From assembly GCA_016748015.1 (NCBI GenBank), contig JAAOMT010000289.1, forward strand, positions 507,639-571,638: a stretch of 64,000 nt of DNA. The letters run 5' to 3'. The notes beneath the pieces were generated by a model that worked only from the letters and a program-made list of their open reading frames with translations, did not search any database and was not told the DNA's origin. The position numbers were made by a program, and so were the translations under genes. Position 1 is the first letter of the stretch, and the number at the start of each line of letters is the position of its first letter. The DNA is from Geosiphon pyriformis uo1 (taxonomy: Eukaryota; Fungi; Glomeromycota). Positions 1 through 14,073 of the stretch are shown piece by piece.

Positions 1-1784
1 CGGAAAAGTGGGGTTTGGCAAACCATATGTTCGTAAGGTTTAATTCCTAAAGTGCTCCAGCAATCCACCTGGAATTAAACAGGATTTGTCAAAGTATAAT
101 TTCCACAAAAGATCATACACTAAAATCCACGTTATACCATTGCCAGCAAAGACAAATGCGAATTCGGCTTTCGTTTTTCTTTCGGTACAATCGAAAGCGA
201 AAATTGATCCAAATAAATATCGGATAATAAAATTGGCTCTCGAATTTCCATAGATTTACCGAAAACGAATGCACCTGCCTGAGTATCAAACAGAAATAAG
301 ATTAAACAACGCTCTTGTTGATTTTTGCTTTACTAACCTGTTTTACCCGATTTCTAAACTCCTTCTCTTTCTCCTGAATCATTAACTTAAACAGATCGGA
401 TACCGACTGCGCGTATTGATGAATTTGTACTTTAGCACTTGGATTCAAAATGGCGAGTCCTTTTAAAAGCCCAAAATCAATATAAATAAATTTTGATTAG
501 TAAGAGTTTAATAGTTAAAGGATAATGGTAAAAATCAGATAATATTACCAGCATAAACGTGCCATTTGTTAGAATAAATTCTCAATGCCATATTCACTTT
601 GACATTTTCTATTCCACCAACATATTGGGGGGTTTCCCACTAATCAAGCAGCAAATGTGAAAGGAATTTACGCGGCAAATAACAAAGATGATCGGTGAAT
701 GGAAGGACATTAACAGAATACCGGAAATTGTTTTTGGGTTTTCCATGCAGTTCCCATGCTTGAAATCCAAAAGCGTATTTGAACGAGTATATATCAGTGA
801 GATCAAATTAAATTTAGCAGTATTCCCATTTCTCACCTCAAAAATGCTACATGAGTAACAGCTTGAGTGTCTGCAGTAATGCGATCATGCTCTTGGAATG
901 ATAATTGAACTATTTCTGAGTCAAAGCAATCCAGTACTCTCATCACAATATCAAATTTCTCTTGAGATGAACGATGCTTGATCATCACCTAATTTCAAGA
1001 AAATTTAAACAGAATTGAACTAATTCAACCAACTGTTGATTAAAGCTATTCAAAATAGAACGTACTAAAGGCTGCCCTTTTGGATCTATGGTAGGCCCAT
1101 GTAGTGAATGGAATGAAACGATATGAACATCTTCTGCGAGATGTTTTTCAAAAGCACGTATTTCTGGTTCTTTTACAGATGTCTAGCTTAAAATATTGAT
1201 CAATAAAAATAGGGGTGAAATCAAGGTATAAAGTCTCAAATTATTTTTACCTGTCCACCCACAATTGCACCAAGTTTTGTAGCTTATTAACGAAGAAAAA
1301 ATTAAATATAATTTATTAAAAATTTCTGATAATTGCAAAAGATAATTTGAAGTCTTACAAGGTCCGTACAATCCTACAACTTTATCAATGTTCTCTGCTT
1401 CTACCGAATAAATAATAAAATCACTACGTCGAGACACGGCATGTCCATCCCGTAGAACATTAACTCCGCTATCTGGAACTAGGCAATTTAAGAATAATCA
1501 AATCGACCAAAAAATCAATTTTTATTCAGTGAGATATTCCTATTATTACTCGCCTTTAAATTGTTCTTTTAATTGTTCATAGCGAGAAGGAATATCGCAA
1601 ACATTAATCCTAAAGTACGAATCAAAATCTCATAAATTGACGAATTTCGTAAATAATTTTTTAGGAAGTATGCAAACCTTTTCCAACCAGCTTTTAGAAT
1701 TTTTTTGGCGTACATCAAACCCATATCTCCCAAACCTATGAAACCTATCTCTAATTCGTCTTTTTCTTTTTCGGGAGTTGCCAT
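1..1784 (-). CDS. TYR1: Prephenate dehydrogenase (NADP+), multi-exon, 3' end runs off the window
   Basis: MATPEKEKDELEIGFIGLGDMG is a Rossmann GxGxxG. Later exons read GHAVSRRSDFIIYSVEAENIDKVV, HIVSFHSLHGPTIDPKGQPL, EHDRITADTQAVTH and YAGLAILNPSAK, all typical of fungal Tyr1. Confidence 0.92.
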
Positions 1785-2083
1785 GATCAAAGATGCTTAA
1801 CAAGAGTCAAAAATTATATCTATTAATAGAAATATCTACTATATATTTTAATGCTAAATTTAGAGTTCACACGTTGAATATGACTCAGCTTATCAATATA
1901 ATGTACCACAGTCCCACACGACCTACTATCGTGTTTAAACATTTGTTAATTTTTGCAATTCGCGATTTTTGTCTCGAGACACATCGGTGCGACGTTAACC
2001 ATAGTCGAAACTTTGAAAACTCTTTTAACTACTGCCATCATCATGGTTGCTCTTGTTTCTCTACTACTCACCCTTCTTTGCGA

Positions 2084-2116
2084 CCCTCCTCCTCCTCCTC
2101 CTCCTCCTCCTCCTCC
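2084..2116 (+). repeat. (CCT)n microsatellite
   Basis: About 11 CCT units between TYR1 and UTR2; explains the poly-P/poly-S ORFs in the track. Confidence 0.9.
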
Positions 2117-2349
2117 TTTAACATCTTATCCTTCAAAAATCCTTGGCCATTTTTGACCCAAGGTTAACAACCTTCTTTTCACTGAAACAATCACTCATTC
2201 GCCAATTACTACCATAATCTCCCTTCCTTTGGGGGAACCTTTCATTTTGTCTGTTACCTCAATCGGTTGCATTCCAGAATTTCTTCGAGAATCGAATAGA
2301 TCTACTTTTTAGCCCAACTTTTTACTAGTGAATTAATTATTCGCAGTAG

Positions 2350-3844
2350 ATGCTGGAGATGGGTTCAATGACTCACATTATGATATACTTAGCTTTGTTC
2401 ATGTTCGCGACCACACTTGAAGTCAATGCTCAATTACAATGTTCTGCCGGCAACAAATGCCCTGAATCGGCACCCTGTTGTTCAGGTTTGTTATATTTAT
2501 AATCAAACCTCTTATAGTTCGAGACCATGTATTTTGGCAAAATTGTATTAATCGGTGGCAAATAACGCAATAGAATTTGGTTTCTGCGGCATTGGAAGGT
2601 TTTGTCTCGGTAAGTCTACAAATATTTCATAAACATCATTATTATGATATTAATCAGTTATATCTGTCTTAGGTGGTTGTAATCCCTTATTAAGCCACGC
2701 GCCAAACTCGTGTGCACCAAATCCCATTTGTCAAACAATGACCTATGATTTCAAAGACACGAAAAAATTCATCGATAGTGGTTCGTATAATGGAGAAACT
2801 AAATATGATTTCACCACAGAAGGTCAACCGATATTTTCAAATGGTATTGTTTTATTGACGATGGCCAAAAACACTCCGGGCACTCGCCTTTCGACTACCC
2901 GCTATACTCAGTACGGTAGAATTACTGCTAGACTCAAAACGTCGAGAACTCAGGGTATTGTGACCGCCTTCATGTAAGCCATTTAGGATGAGCTCTGACA
3001 ATGAAAAAATTTCTAAAATTACAATCTCTAATACTTATACAGTACAATGTCCAATATAAAAGACGAAATTGATTGGGAATGGGTTGGCCATAAATTGGAC
3101 CAAGGGCAAAGTAATTACTTCTACCGAGGACATATTGACTGTAGGTGATAAAAATCTTGTACGATTTTTAAATGTAATAAATTGATTAAAAAAATTAATA
3201 CACAATTTTGGTATAACATAGATAAAAATGGTGACACTCATACTCTGAATTCTGGCGACACATTCAACACATTTCACGATTACACGATTGATTGGCAAGA
3301 AAACCAAATTCAATGGTTCATTGATGGTAAACTTGTCCGGACACTAAATAAAAAAGACACGTTTAACGAAACTTCTGGTACGTATTCATACCCTTCAACT
3401 CCATCACGTGTTCAATTATCTATTTGGAATGGAGGGGAAGGTGCTGCTGGTACTAAGGAATGGGCTGGTGGCCAAACAAACTGGGATTCACCTGACGTTA
3501 AGTTACCAGGATACTTTTATGTGCAAGTTCAGAGTCTTGATATAAAATGCTATGGTCCTCAGGTCTCGGATGTTCCTGGTCAATCACAATTGACAAGCTT
3601 TATATATGGGGCAAGCGGTAATATTAGTGTGAGCAACGCTAACACTGTCGTTCAGGTTGCCACACCACAAAGTCAAGGGGTAGCACAGGATGCGGGGAAT
3701 AACGTTAATCTTATGTCGAATTTTACTGGCCAGTACATTGCAAATTTAAAGGCTTCTGGAAGCAGCAGATTAGTTATTGCCACCTCTATAATGATGATTA
3801 CTGTATCGATTTCAATGTTATTGTCGATTTTGGAGCAACTTTAA
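2350..3844 (+). CDS. UTR2: GH16 Crh-family chitin transglycosylase (Utr2/Crh2-like), secreted, probably GPI-anchored; 5 exons
   Basis: Signal peptide, then a Cys-rich chitin-binding-like module (CSAGNKCPESAPCCS-EFGFCG-FCL-GGCNP), catalytic DEIDWEWVG, FHDYTIDW, YPSTPSRVQLSIW, and a hydrophobic C-terminus. GT-AG introns. Confidence 0.88.
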
Positions 3845-4626
3845 ATAGTCATTCACTTATAACGTTTTTCCTTCCGAACCCCAACCATTTATACCTTTGA
3901 TCGTATTTGCCGAGTTTATTATAATCATAATTTATTGTTTTAGCACCATTCGGCCATTATATTCTTACTATCAGAGTAAAATGAATTCTGAGCCAAATAA
4001 TTTTAATTTGTCGCCTCACTCAGAATCCCGTGATTTCAGGCAACATGAATTTTTGAGTCAATAAAAGATTTCAAATAGTAGACGTGATATTTAGCAACGA
4101 TTGGCTGAATACACGTAAATGATCATCAGTTCAGAGATTATCATCTGTATGCGCGGTATATCATTTGCGCGTCAGGAATATGGCCTGTGTAATAAAAAGA
4201 AATTACTTTTAGTAATTTGAAAATAAATTATTTCGTACATGTCGGGACTATTGATCTTTCACGCTTTGTGGGTTTTAGAAAGTATGAAAAAAGAAACAAA
4301 TGTCTCTATTTATATACGCCACATAAATGACACTGCCAGATTAATATTTAAGTTTCTAATATGCAGCAACACGTTGTGGCGATTTTTTATATTTTCAAAG
4401 GAGTGTCAATACTGTAGGCATGGTTACCTTGGTAGGAGAATTTCCCTTGACGAGGAATCGCGACAGCGTAGTTAGGGCATAATATTCCATATCCACGCTA
4501 TATATAAATTGCATTAAATTAACTGCAAGCAATTTTTAAGCTTAACAACACGCGATGCGGCGAAATCATATGCTCTGCAGAAAGATAAATTGCCAAAAAT
4601 ATCTTTTACCAACCTAAAATAGCCAA

Positions 4627-6227
4627 TTAACGTCGGCGCTTTCGTCTGACGACTTCAACAGCTTCAGATTTTTTTTCTTTGTCGGCAAGAAGATCTTTAA
4701 ATTGCTCCATGAAGGGTGTGCTGGGAACTTTTCTTAATTGTGAAGGGGGAATGTCGAATGCTTGACGCACTCTCGGATTATTTAATAAGAAAAATTGACC
4801 CAAGGAGATAAAGCTTGATGTAGCAAAATAAAGAAGGGTTCCCTATAAGATATCAATTAAAGATGTTAATTTATATATAGTTCAATTCATCAAGCAATTA
4901 GGAGTTAAATCAGCCTAATAAAATTAACCAACCGAAGGTAAGTAGGCAGCAACTGGTATCGAAATCAATCCTAAGCCACGAAGGAACCATTTAGAGGTGC
5001 TCATCTCGCTGTTTTGTGGTGTCATTTTAGAATTAAACTAAGATTGAGGGACAATTTTTTCATAAAATATATTGATGAGATGGAAGCGGCATTAAATAAA
5101 ATTAAATATGAAAAAACCTCGATCATTGCCAATAGTGCCACACTTGATACGACAGGTAACATATAATATGGATCGGTGACGCTCAAATCAGTAAACCATA
5201 ATATACCACCTTCCTTATAACCTGGTACCGGAATATTTGCAATGTTCCGTAACGCCAGGAAGAAACTCAGCATAACTGGTGCCTGTAAAATTGGAAAAAT
5301 GACGCTTTTAAAAGGGCTGACTCCATTAGAAGCATATATCTGTTGCAATTGTTGAGATTTTGCCAGGACTGTCATTTTGTCACCCGAGTTATGCGCCGAC
5401 TTTATTTCTTCAATCATCTTTTGAGCAGTAGGTTGCATATTTTGAAGTTTAACTGTGTTGCGGTGTGTTTTAATAGCAAAAGGTAGAAGTATCAAACGCA
5501 TCACACAAGTAGCTGCAATAATGGTCCCCCACCAAGGGAGACCAGAGTAAACATATAATGCTTCGAAAAAGGCTTCAATGGCACCAACTGGAGTATAATG
5601 AACTAGACCCATAGCTTTAAAGTCTCCAATTTTTAGAATGCTGTCTGAAAGATTGTTAATGAGGGTAGGTTCATCCAGCTCAAATACTGTAGTAGAATCA
5701 GACACAATATTTCCAGCAGCTGCCGGTGAAATTTCTGTGATGGTATTAAGGGTGGGCAAAGCAGTGACCTGACTCAAAACCGGCGCCGCTTCAACATTAT
5801 TCATTGGAGTTGTATATAATCGACGAGGAGCGGATGATTTAATGTTATAGGAATATTTGACATTATTCCTCAGGGAAGCACCAAAATACAAATGAGCATT
5901 CTTATGAGCGTCTACTCGGATGGAGTTTTTTCCTGTAGAAAACCTCTGTGTACTGTTCACGAAAGTTGAAAACTTTGGAGGCGTAAGGGAAAAAAACAGG
6001 TTTATGAGCTTTAAGGAAATATAGGAAAATAAAAACTTTCTCGAACCTTTTTTGAACTAATCAATCTTAAAGTTCTGGAAGAAAGCCTCAGTACACTATG
6101 GGTAAAAAGTCCAGCACCTTTTACTAATATATTCCAACTTTGAGTGAGTCAAGACTTGGATGAAAACTTACATGCTATTATTGGAAAAAAAAAGCGGCTT
6201 TCTGCCACAGATTACTAGAAAACTCAT
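4627..6227 (-). CDS. OXA1: Mitochondrial inner-membrane insertase Oxa1 (YidC/Oxa1 family); first exon(s) uncertain
   Basis: GLPWWGTII...RLILLPF, ILQAPVMLSFF, GGILWFTDLSVTDPYYMLP, and a basic C-terminal tail ending RRKRRR* at 4627. Confidence 0.9.
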
Positions 6228-6414
6228 GGTTTTATGGCCTTTTGGCGAGTTGTTCTAGCTTAGTAATGCAAACGTTTTTTGCTGAAAAAAATTTCTTGTC
6301 ATAAAAATCCATCTCCCAGAGATTATCAGAGATTATCAATCATAAATAATAGTCTCTTGTTTTGAAACCGCGAATTGAAAAAATAATCCGCTTAGACGTG
6401 GTGAATATTGATTC

Positions 6415-9400
6415 ATGAATCCAGTTATAGGAGTAAATCTAACTAATCACCCAGATTTACCAAATTCTCTCCAATGGTCCGAAGATAACCAAATTGCCGT
6501 GGTTACTCCTTCAGCTCTTTATATTTTCGTGAGTTAAAGTATTAATGCATATTTTTTTTATTAACTCAAATTAATTTTCTTTTTCCAAAATCTTTTAGTC
6601 ACCTAAATATAAAGGGGCTTATCCTCTTGGCCTCAGCAGGTTGCACATGACCATTTTAAGTCTTGAAAACGTGGCAGTAAAAAGCCCTTTTCCGAAATAT
6701 TCAAATGGTAAACAATTTAATCCTTAATAGTTTTCAAAGCTATATTTCAAAAGGTGCAATAAACCTTGATCATTTTCAGATTTTGCAACCCAATCTACCT
6801 TTTTTTCCGCGGAGGGGTTTCGCTGCTTGACATGGTCACCAATTGGTTGCTCTAATTATAAAGGGTAAGATAATCTAGATTTCTGCAATTATCTTGTTAC
6901 GTGGATATTCAAAGTTGTATTCTTTATCTATACTAGCTGCTTGTTGGCAGCAATCACGACACATTTTTATGTCGGCATATATGGTCCAAAGTCAGGATCA
7001 AACAAGGATGAGTGGGTTGAGGTAAATTTTCCGAATCCATATAGTAAAAACTCTTTGAAATTAAAGATGAAATAAACAATTGATCTTGTCCTCTCTCAAA
7101 AATAGACAGTAAATCTCTCCCAACTTTTAATGGAATCATTGACCACCAGTAAATATCAGTCTAGCATCCCTAAGATACTAACTGATGAAATGTCATCCAT
7201 GTGTAAGTGCATCTAAACTGGTATTGTTTTTGTTTTATTAAAAAACACTTTCCTTACACCTAATCCTTTTATCTGTTTTATAAAACAGCAATATCATGGT
7301 CACCACAATGCTTTTCTGTATATCATAGTTTTTTTTCCTTGATCGCTCTTGGTAGTAAAGCTGGGATTATAACATTGTGGAGGTTCTGATACCATTCTGA
7401 TATATTGATTCGGTCTGATGCCAATATATATTGATTTGGCCCTGGGTTGTTTTTAGTTATACAAAAACCACTGATCATATAAACACCTTCAAAGCTCACG
7501 ATTCTTGGGTTGTGGTAATAGCTTGGTCACGTTGGGAGCAAGATTCGGATAACACATGTAAGGAACCATTCACCATCTTTAAATATCCTGTCAAGCTTTT
7601 CTTAGTAAACCTTCTATAGGTCTCTCTAAGTTGATTACCGGCTGTGTGGATGGCTCGATATCTCTTTGGAATATAAAATTGGCTTTATCTAATAATTCAA
7701 CTGGTCTTCAATTACCTGAGGTTACTGTTGAATTACAACAGATATTAACTAAAAAGGATTATGTGGTGCCCTCCGTAGCAAAGTGGTTTTTCACCATGGT
7801 AATGTCTTTAGTCGGATTTTGAATGATTAATGTATTGCAACGTTAACTAATAAATATTTCTCTTATTTTAGGGTCACGGAAGTGATCAAGTCGCAGTTGC
7901 AAAGGGTACTAAAATATACATTTGGAATATCTCTTCTTCCTTGGTGCAAATCATCGCAGAACCTGTAGAATTAAATAACTTCTTTTTCTCCCCCATGTCA
8001 ATTACAGGTAACTTAGTTTATTATTGCTTAACTTTTAGTGTATATATAGTCATCAAAATAAATTATATTCCATCATATGCATGGAGAGAAGGTTTAAGCT
8101 GGAATCACAATGGAAGTCAATTACGTGTTTTCACTGTTGACGGAAAGCATACGGCTTTTGATATAGTAAACAACACAATTCATATGAACGATTATTTCAC
8201 GGAATTTATGAGTGAAAAGGTGGACGAAATATGTTTCGAGCAATTAATGAATCTAGATGATGATGAGATTGAACTTGGTTTGGAAGAAGAGGAAGAAGAT
8301 GATGACGACGATGATGAAAATAACGAAGATATCGTTAATAGTCGAACTTTGTTCTATGGAGCAGATGGATCCGCGAATGGCCTTTACATATCGATGATAT
8401 TCGGGTAAATATGCGTCGTTTATGAACCTTTACAGAATGCTGAATATTTCAAATTAATAGAATCCTTTCACTTCAGAATGCTCTCTCAAATAGATATGGA
8501 GTATGTGACGGACAAGGCTGATAACGCATATTTGTGTCTTTTTTTAATCGAAGAGGAGGATCTGGCTCAATTCAAGGTTACACTAATAACACGATTAAAG
8601 GAAATTCTTGATAACCCGTATCTATGTATTCAAGTGGGAATTCATTTTTTCGTGAATTTCCTTCATGTTATATTTAATTGACAGTTTATTTCTCTTTAAA
8701 TATTTTCCAGTGTTGGAAAAAACTCCTGGTTACTTGCTTTGGGATTTGATGGAATTTTTTGATATTCAAGATGATAAGATTGTCACTCTTTTCCCTGATC
8801 TTCTGAAGGCATGTAAGGATTTCTACCAGGTTTATCCCAGCAAACTTACTAATTTGCAAGATCTTGGTGAGTTGAACCAGAACCACAAGTGAGTTATGAT
8901 GCCAAAGAAAGTGTAGGTTTTCTTTAGTTCTTACACTCTAAACATTATGGTTTCAGTGACATGCTATTAAATCGTATTAGCCGCCTTTGGAAGGAGGTTT
9001 TCTTGCAAGATTGTTCACTGAATGCTCTCCGGCTTGCTTCCTTCTTATATAGCAAGAAGATGGTAACAATTTAGGAAATTCATGTGAATTTTTGCACAAA
9101 CTTTAAATTTACACTGCTTTATATCAAGGTCGAGAATTTTTTGTCTTCATCAAATTTACCAGCCACAGTTTATTCAGAAATCGAAGTCCATGCTGAAATA
9201 GAAAAGCACAGGTTAAACCTAATTTTGACCATAATACATAATTATTTAAATCAAGGTCTTCAGATTACAAATGGTAAGCTGAAAGATTTTTTTTGATTTT
9301 TTTGCCCAGTTAACAATTTTTCTTTAGCCATAGATCAGTTGTTCGTCCTAAATGTTTGCGATCGGACTCTGGTATATTTTGGAGGCGATCTGAACATACT

Positions 9401-10005
9401 CAAATTGGCAAATATTGGTTACGAATATATGAGCAATATTTCTCAAACACATACATGGGACGTGCAAAGGGAAATGAATTTCATTAGACGTATTCTCGTA
9501 ACGCGTCAAAATCCCAACAAGGACAAGTGGAAAGAGCCCATTCGAGAACCTTGTCCTATATGCAGAAAAGATATCCTTAAAATTTCTTGAATAGAAAAAG
9601 ATCTCATATTTATTAATCTATATTTCCGTTTTGAGATATTTCGTCTTTAAGTGTTTTGGTAATTGTTTCTACCTGTCTCAAGGGACATTGGATTGCGAGG
9701 TATTTGTGCAAATCAACACATTTGGGGTAAGTTCGAATTCGGTTCTCATTTAATAAGTGATCAATACATCAACTAAATCAACCTACAATACACTAGATAT
9801 TTGCTCGTTAACTTTAAGCCTATTATTCACCCCAAATGTGAGATCGTGCACAGGCTGTAAGCTTAAAGCCATTTCAATGCCGCAACCACACCCATTTGAT
9901 GAAGTAATCCATTCCTCGATTTTTGTTAAAGCGCTTCTAGAAGCATCGGATAGATGCCTCTTCTGTGGAGGGTTTTTCACGTCCTCGTCACAAATCTTTA
10001 TATGA
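6415..10005 (+). CDS. Transcription factor IIIC 90 kDa/delta subunit-like (WD propeller plus C-terminal zinc finger), many exons, one AT-AC intron
   Basis: N-terminus NSLQWSEDNQIAVVT and FRCLTWSPIG. C-terminal CPIC...CANQHIW-ICSLT...RSCTGC...CLFCGGFF matches the TFIIIC_delta + zf-TFIIIC architecture (Tfc8/GTF3C4). Confidence 0.75.
9571..9672 (+). other. U12-type (minor spliceosome) AT-AC intron
   Basis: 5' end ATATCCTT, 3' end TTCTAC, branch-like TCTTTAAG at about 9644-9651. Removal joins G|CT and gives CPICRKAVSRDIGLRGICANQHIW in frame. Confidence 0.85.
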
Positions 10006-10138
10006 TGTCAGGCTACTTGTTTGATTACCGATACAGTTGAGTTTTTAAAAGGCTACGGTCACTATAGAAACAAATAATTATATAATATCCCGCGCATTTG
10101 CACATAATTATCCGTTTTATCTAAAGGATGCGATTTTC

Positions 10139-11948
10139 TTATTTATAGTATTTGGGAGGCACAAAAGGCATTTTTACCACCTTGGCCCTTTGGTATCGAC
10201 TTCGAACCTTAACTTGTAGCCAAGTCCCAATTTTATGAAACCCATTTTTGACATAGCCCATTGCAATATTCTGTTTGAGGGAAGGCGATGGAATACCGCT
10301 GGTAACTTTACCTAAATTAGTGAACCAGAAAATGTCAATGGATGATCTGATAAAATCACGTTTTTCCTCCAAAGCTATTTACCAATGGCCTCTTCATCAA
10401 GGTTATAAATCTCCGCATTTTCTGAAAAAATAAGATCAGGGAGTGGATACAGTTTTGAGAAGAAAAATTATTTCAGAATATGATAGCATTCAAAAAATCA
10501 AGTTCTTTCAATTTTTTTACCCCTCGCTGGTGACCCTTCAACGATTAATCCAATGCGGCGGCGTTTGGGTCCCTCACGAAGGTCTCGAATTGTAATATCA
10601 GAACCTAAAAATCCCCCTTGCTGTCTTCTGCGCTGACCTACATCAATCAGAAAAGCATAGGCGTGAGCTGAAAATGTGATGAATCAAGATTTGTGAACAA
10701 ATCTTTCTTTACCAATCGTCCAACCCAATCCAGCCTCAATTGGAGTAGTGGTTTCATCCAGATCATGTCCATAAAGACAGAGACCGGCTTCTAATCGCAA
10801 ACTATCACGTGCTCCTAGTCCTGCCAATTGAACAGCAGGGTCAGCTAAGAGTGATTTTGCCAAAGGGACTGCTCCCGACGCGGGGATTGAAATCTATAAA
10901 TCATTAGGCTTGAGCTAGAATTGAAAAATCCATCTGAAAACCGATTCATTAACTCACCTCAAAACCATCCTCCCCAGTGTAACCGGAACGAGTGACATGA
11001 CAGTGAATACCATTTAAATCCATAAATCTTCCTGTCATGAATTTTAGGTCTTCCAAAGATTTTCCGGCTAACCTCTCTAGAGCTCGCGCAGCTTTTGGTC
11101 CTGAAACCAAAGTTACTGTAGAAGCGGGGGTCTTATCAACAGCGAAAAGATAAATTGAATACCTTGTAAAGCAACTAGGGCGTGATCTTCAATGACGTTC
11201 AACTCTGCCTCTCCTCCATTCTTTTGAAACTCGGCCAAATGTAGATGTATATGAGCTAGATCCTTATCTGCGCAAGCAGCATTTGAAACAATATATATAT
11301 GATCTTCACGTTGACATATGACTGTATCATCAATTATACCCCCATTTTCATTTGTAAAAACAGAAAGGGCTGAATGACCTAAAGGTAGACTCTTAATGTC
11401 TGCTACAATGAGTTTTTCTAAAAAGGATATCCGGTCTTTTCCAGTTAGCCTAAGTTGATTAGAAGAATAGGTAATTAATTATCAAATTAAATATCCATTT
11501 CTAAAGAGGTTAAAGCAACGGCAAAAGGAAAGAACCTTGTCTGAAGCATATGTGAAACATCAAACAGTGAGGCATTTTCACGCGTATGCAAATGGGAAGC
11601 AAGGATTCCAAGGCCCTGGTACTGAACTGGCATGGAGTACCCAGCGAAGGGGACCTTGGTCGGCTTTCATTAGCATAGCGCGAGAGAGCTGAAAATCCGG
11701 AACGTAGAATCAAGCAAGTCTAACATGTTACCATTTTAGCTCCATTTTCGACATGGAAATCATACAAGACTGTTTTTTTCAAAAACTAGTGCAATTGGGC
11801 ATATTGATTTTTTTTAGTTGTAAAGCTTTTATTTTTTAAAAAAAATTAATATACCTACTTCTGCTGGTGTTGAATAACGGCTTGTGAAAGATTTTAAAAA
11901 AGTTTTATTCGAGCTTGTGACGCGTGAGTAGAGGGGACGCATCAACAT
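10139..11948 (-). CDS. GCV1: Glycine cleavage system T protein (aminomethyltransferase), mitochondrial
   Basis: [97 protein letters not shown]. Confidence 0.95.
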
Positions 11949-12278
11949 TTTAGTTGCGAGGGAAAATCGGGAAAAAACACTACCAACAACCCCAAATCAG
12001 GATATTGAACTTGTTCAAACATCACTTTGCTTTTAAATTATATTAGCGAATATCAGATATCAGATTCAATGATGAAATGCCCGAAATAGAAAAAGCCTAC
12101 TTCAACTTGGAATATATTTATTCCAGCATCTTACTAAAAACGCATATACAGTATAAACTCGTATAAAAAAAAAAGGTTTTAAAATATTAACTCATACCAT
12201 AAATATTTTCTAGGCCCAAAATTGTCAAAATCTATACGAAAAAAAGCATCATACCAAAGACTGCAAAATTTGTGGTTT

Positions 12279-14073
12279 TTATTTGAAAACTAATTCAATT
12301 GAGCCAGTAACTGCTTCCAATTTCGCATGGGAAGCTGTCTTTCCTTCCTTCTTTCCTTTATATCCGACTTTACCATTTCGTGAGTTTTTCTCGAAATGCA
12401 GATTCGACCCTTCCACACTAGCATACCCGACCAAAGTGCTAGCTGAGAAGTCACCTTCGAATGTATCGTCAACTGTAGCCACAATACCCCCATTTATAGA
12501 TCGCGCAAAAAAGTCAATAGATTGGGTCTTGGTTATGTCGCACTGATTCGAGAAAGCAAAAACTTTATTAGCAATTAAATCTAAAATTAACCCATAGATA
12601 CAATGTACGTACCACCTGAATATCGATTTGCCCATTGACAGACTTGGCTACAATGGAAGCATTCTCAGCCCACGGATTCAAACGAACACGAGCGTCGATA
12701 GCACCATTAGCATTTTTGATCTTGAGGCCAAACAAATGAGATAAACTTTAAATTTAATCAGTCTTTAAATTTTTAATTCAACAATTAATTTCAAGATACA
12801 AACCTCCAAATTCTCGGATACCACAAATTCAGCATGAACGTGACCATTAACCGTCCCGATTTCGGCTGAAGCAAAGTTAAGTTTCTAAAAAGAATTTAAA
12901 AAAGATTTAAAATTTCTGCCCAGGATAAAATCGAGGTTTATTGTGAATTCATAATTAACCTCAATTTTAATATGGCCGTTGCCGGTTTTGAGGTTCACAT
13001 AGGCAAAATCAACATCATCCAACGACTCTGTAGCAATCCATGCATTAGGGACATCTACAGCCAAAGATTTGAAATATTTAACATGCGAGGGTAAGGTTAT
13101 TATTGTATCGATACGAACGCATTTTCGCGTTGGACGAGGACCATCGAATGAAGGTGTCTTAATCAACAAAAATCAAAATCTATTAGTGTTAATGTATTAA
13201 ATGATAAGATATTCGATAAATCTAAATAGAAAAACTACCTTGACTTCCATAGCATAGTCTTCGTCACTGACATTGATGTTGATTTTAACTTGTTCCTGGA
13301 GCGAATCTTCGGAAAGGAAAATACGATTGGTAATATTAATGTGACCATGATAATTAGGATCTCGACGAATGATAACGCTTCCTTGCTAAGTTTTAGATAT
13401 AATCCATATAGTCAATGAAGTGATTGGTTTTTTTTAGTAAGGTTGATTGAAATTGAGGTATTTAAAGAAAATTATATTTGAGAGTGATACCGCAGAGGCG
13501 CCCTTAACACTATAAATCAAGCCACTGATATCTTCAGGATTGAGCAAGAATTCCTTTGGTCCTTCCCACTTGGTGTGGGGATCGCATGAAGGGGATCCCC
13601 AAGATGACTTGAATTGAGAGGTGGACTCAAATTCAGGAGTGAAAAAAGTATTATCATTGGAGATAAATTTTTCTTCATGTTGACTCTTCATGTTGAGTAA
13701 ACACAAAAAAATGAGAATATTAAAAAGATTAATATAAAATCAATTATAGCATAAAATAGCTTACCTTGTAAAAGTATCCACCGAAGCCGGCAAAGAACAA
13801 GCGAGTAACGAGTAAGGTTGCTATAATAGCAAATAATCCTTTCCTAAATGCAGCTCGATGGCGCCAGCTTTGATTTGTTTCCAAGGCAGGATTAAGCCCT
13901 ATAGTGGGGGATAGGTTCAATGTGTCGTCTACAAAATGGTAGTATAAAGAAATGTTCAAATTGAAGGTAAGAATCGCAAGATAGGAAACTTTTAACATTG
14001 ATAGAATACCAGACTTTTTTTCAGACCCATTCATAAAACCGTTTGAATCTTTAAAGTTTTTCTTATCGCTCAT
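12279..14073 (-). CDS. Single-pass membrane protein with a C-terminal putative-adhesin (DUF4097-like) repeat domain; multi-exon
   Basis: N-terminal MSDKK, a TM segment GLFAIIATLLVTRLFF, and repeated TxNG-xI turns (KTGNGHIKIE, GTVNGHVHA, KNANGAIDA, SINGGIVA, AVTGSIEL). Confidence 0.6.

Noticed and set aside
1793-2167. 124-aa and 67-aa ORFs with poly-Ser/poly-Pro
   Set aside because: Produced by the (CCT)n microsatellite in the divergent TYR1/UTR2 promoter region; no family features.
4425-4475. AGGAGAA...CCCTTGACGAGG resembling part of U6atac snRNA
   Set aside because: The catalytic AGC triad and the spacing after the AAGGAGA box are missing; probably coincidental.
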